A stretch of 64,000 nucleotides of DNA, taken from the NCBI GenBank assembly GCA_029717555.1, contig JAMDHS010000091.1, forward strand, positions 1 through 64,000, in the 5' to 3' direction. The translations under genes were made by a program, and so were the position numbers. Below the pieces are notes generated by a model, which was not told the DNA's origin, did no database searches, and saw only the letters and a list, made by a program, of their open reading frames with translations. How positions within the stretch are numbered: position 1 is the stretch's first letter; every line of letters begins with the position of its first letter. This document shows, one piece after another, positions 62,731-64,000 of the stretch. The DNA comes from Peribolospora baueri. Lineage: Eukaryota.

Positions 62731-64000
62731 TCACTTGCTTTCCTTCTTGACCTTGATGAGCGCCTCGAGCTCGGTGCAGACTTCCTCCATGGTTGGACGG
62801 TCCCGCGGATCTTGGGCCCACATCCTCTCGAGGAGCGTAACGATGCCTTGACCGAAACGGCGTCGGATCGGTTTGACATCAGGTCTGTGCGGTCGCAGAT
62901 GAAGTGCCAGAGAGGGCGGCGTAAGCGTATATCGGGACAAACGCGATGGCCGCAACGAGATGACCGACCTGAGTTGCTTGACGCCCGCATACTCGAATAT
63001 CGCGTGCTCGTTCATACCCTGGAAGGGATAGATCTTCTCTTTCTCGTGCCATTGAAGAGTTTCCCAGAACGTCATCGCCGCACTGTACACGTCCACCTTT
63101 TCGTTGTACCGTGGCTGGGGCACCCAAAGCTCGACGGCCTGCCAGTTCACCGTCCCCACCAGCGAGCGCACCATCGAGCGTGTCGAGTTTTTGACGCGCG
63201 CGAGCCCCTGGCGACGGTCAAAGACGCAAATCAGTCGCGGTGCCCAACAGGACGTGTTACGAACAAGCCTTCAGCTGCTCACAAAGTCATTGATCTTGGC
63301 AATGCCACGGCCGGTGATGAGGACGTTGGTGGACTTGCAATCTCGGTGGATGATGGCCGGCTTCCTCATGTGCAAATAATGCAAGCCGCGAGCGCACTCG
63401 AGGAGGATCTTGAACTGTATTCGCGGAGCAGGAAGCAGAAGCGGGTGAGAACAAGCTCGACGAACGGCGGACAGGGCACAAAGGTCCTCACAATCTTGTC
63501 GTCGCTGGGTGGCGGCACGTTGCGAATGTAGTCGAACAAGTCTCCGTTGGAACAAAGCTCGCTGACGATCATGCACGGCACGTCGCGCGGCGCCTCGGGG
63601 ATGCTGACACCGATGAAGCGCACGATGTTGTCGTGCTGGAGGTCGCGCAGCAGGCTGAGCTCCTTGATGTCCATGTCCGTCAGGTGGCCGCGTATGTCGG
63701 CAATGGCGACCTTGATCTTGCGTGCCCTCGTCATGGCGTACTTGCCGATATACACGTCCTTGAAACCACCGGAGCCGATCTTTTCCAACTTCTCGAGACG
63801 ATCAGGGGGGATCTCCTTGTCCTGAAGGTTCAGCGCCTCGAGATCCAGCGTGTTAATGTCCTCGGCGGGGACCTCGGTCTCCTTCTCCTGGGATCCCTGC
63901 CTGGGGGTGGCTGGAGCAGGCTGCTCGGCTGCTTCAGGCTGCTCCGTGCGAAGAAGAAGCGGTCTAGGACTCGAGTGTCTGGAGCGACCTTTGGTGGTGC
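62731..64000 (-). CDS. Tyrosine-kinase-like (TKL) protein kinase, 3' portion; the 5' end lies beyond the window
   Basis: IGSGGFKDVY, HDNIVRFIG, GLHYLH...IIHRDCKSTNVLI, NDF|GLAR, GTVNWQAVE, VDVYS and MWAQDPRDRPTM. Confidence 0.9.

Overview
Intron-rich, GC-rich eukaryotic DNA from a basidiomycete fungus; the MAPKK closely resembles Ustilago Fuz7 as I recall it, so Ustilaginomycotina is likely but unproven. About 19 spliced protein-coding loci can be read by hand: histidine phosphatase, ALG6, MAPKK (Ste7/Fuz7), RNR1, an uncharacterised multi-pass membrane protein, UreG, an apparently damaged Ser/Thr kinase, PP2C, eIF3i, MRPL4, an Acinus-like SAP-RRM protein, Rad24/Rad17, importin-7/8, aldo-keto reductase, TAF7, a SNF2/RING helicase, Kex2 and a partial TKL-like kinase. 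A decayed, internally inverted Ty1/copia element lies just upstream of ureG. Most of the window is ordinary housekeeping sequence and I see no convincing novel multi-gene system. The best leads are a TKL-like kinase with WNK-style lysine placement, the rearranged copia relic with a half-tRNA-type primer site, coding lesions in two genes, several GC-AG introns, and MCB-like motifs upstream of three DNA-metabolism genes. CDS spans include introns, and all family calls come from recalled motifs rather than database searches.
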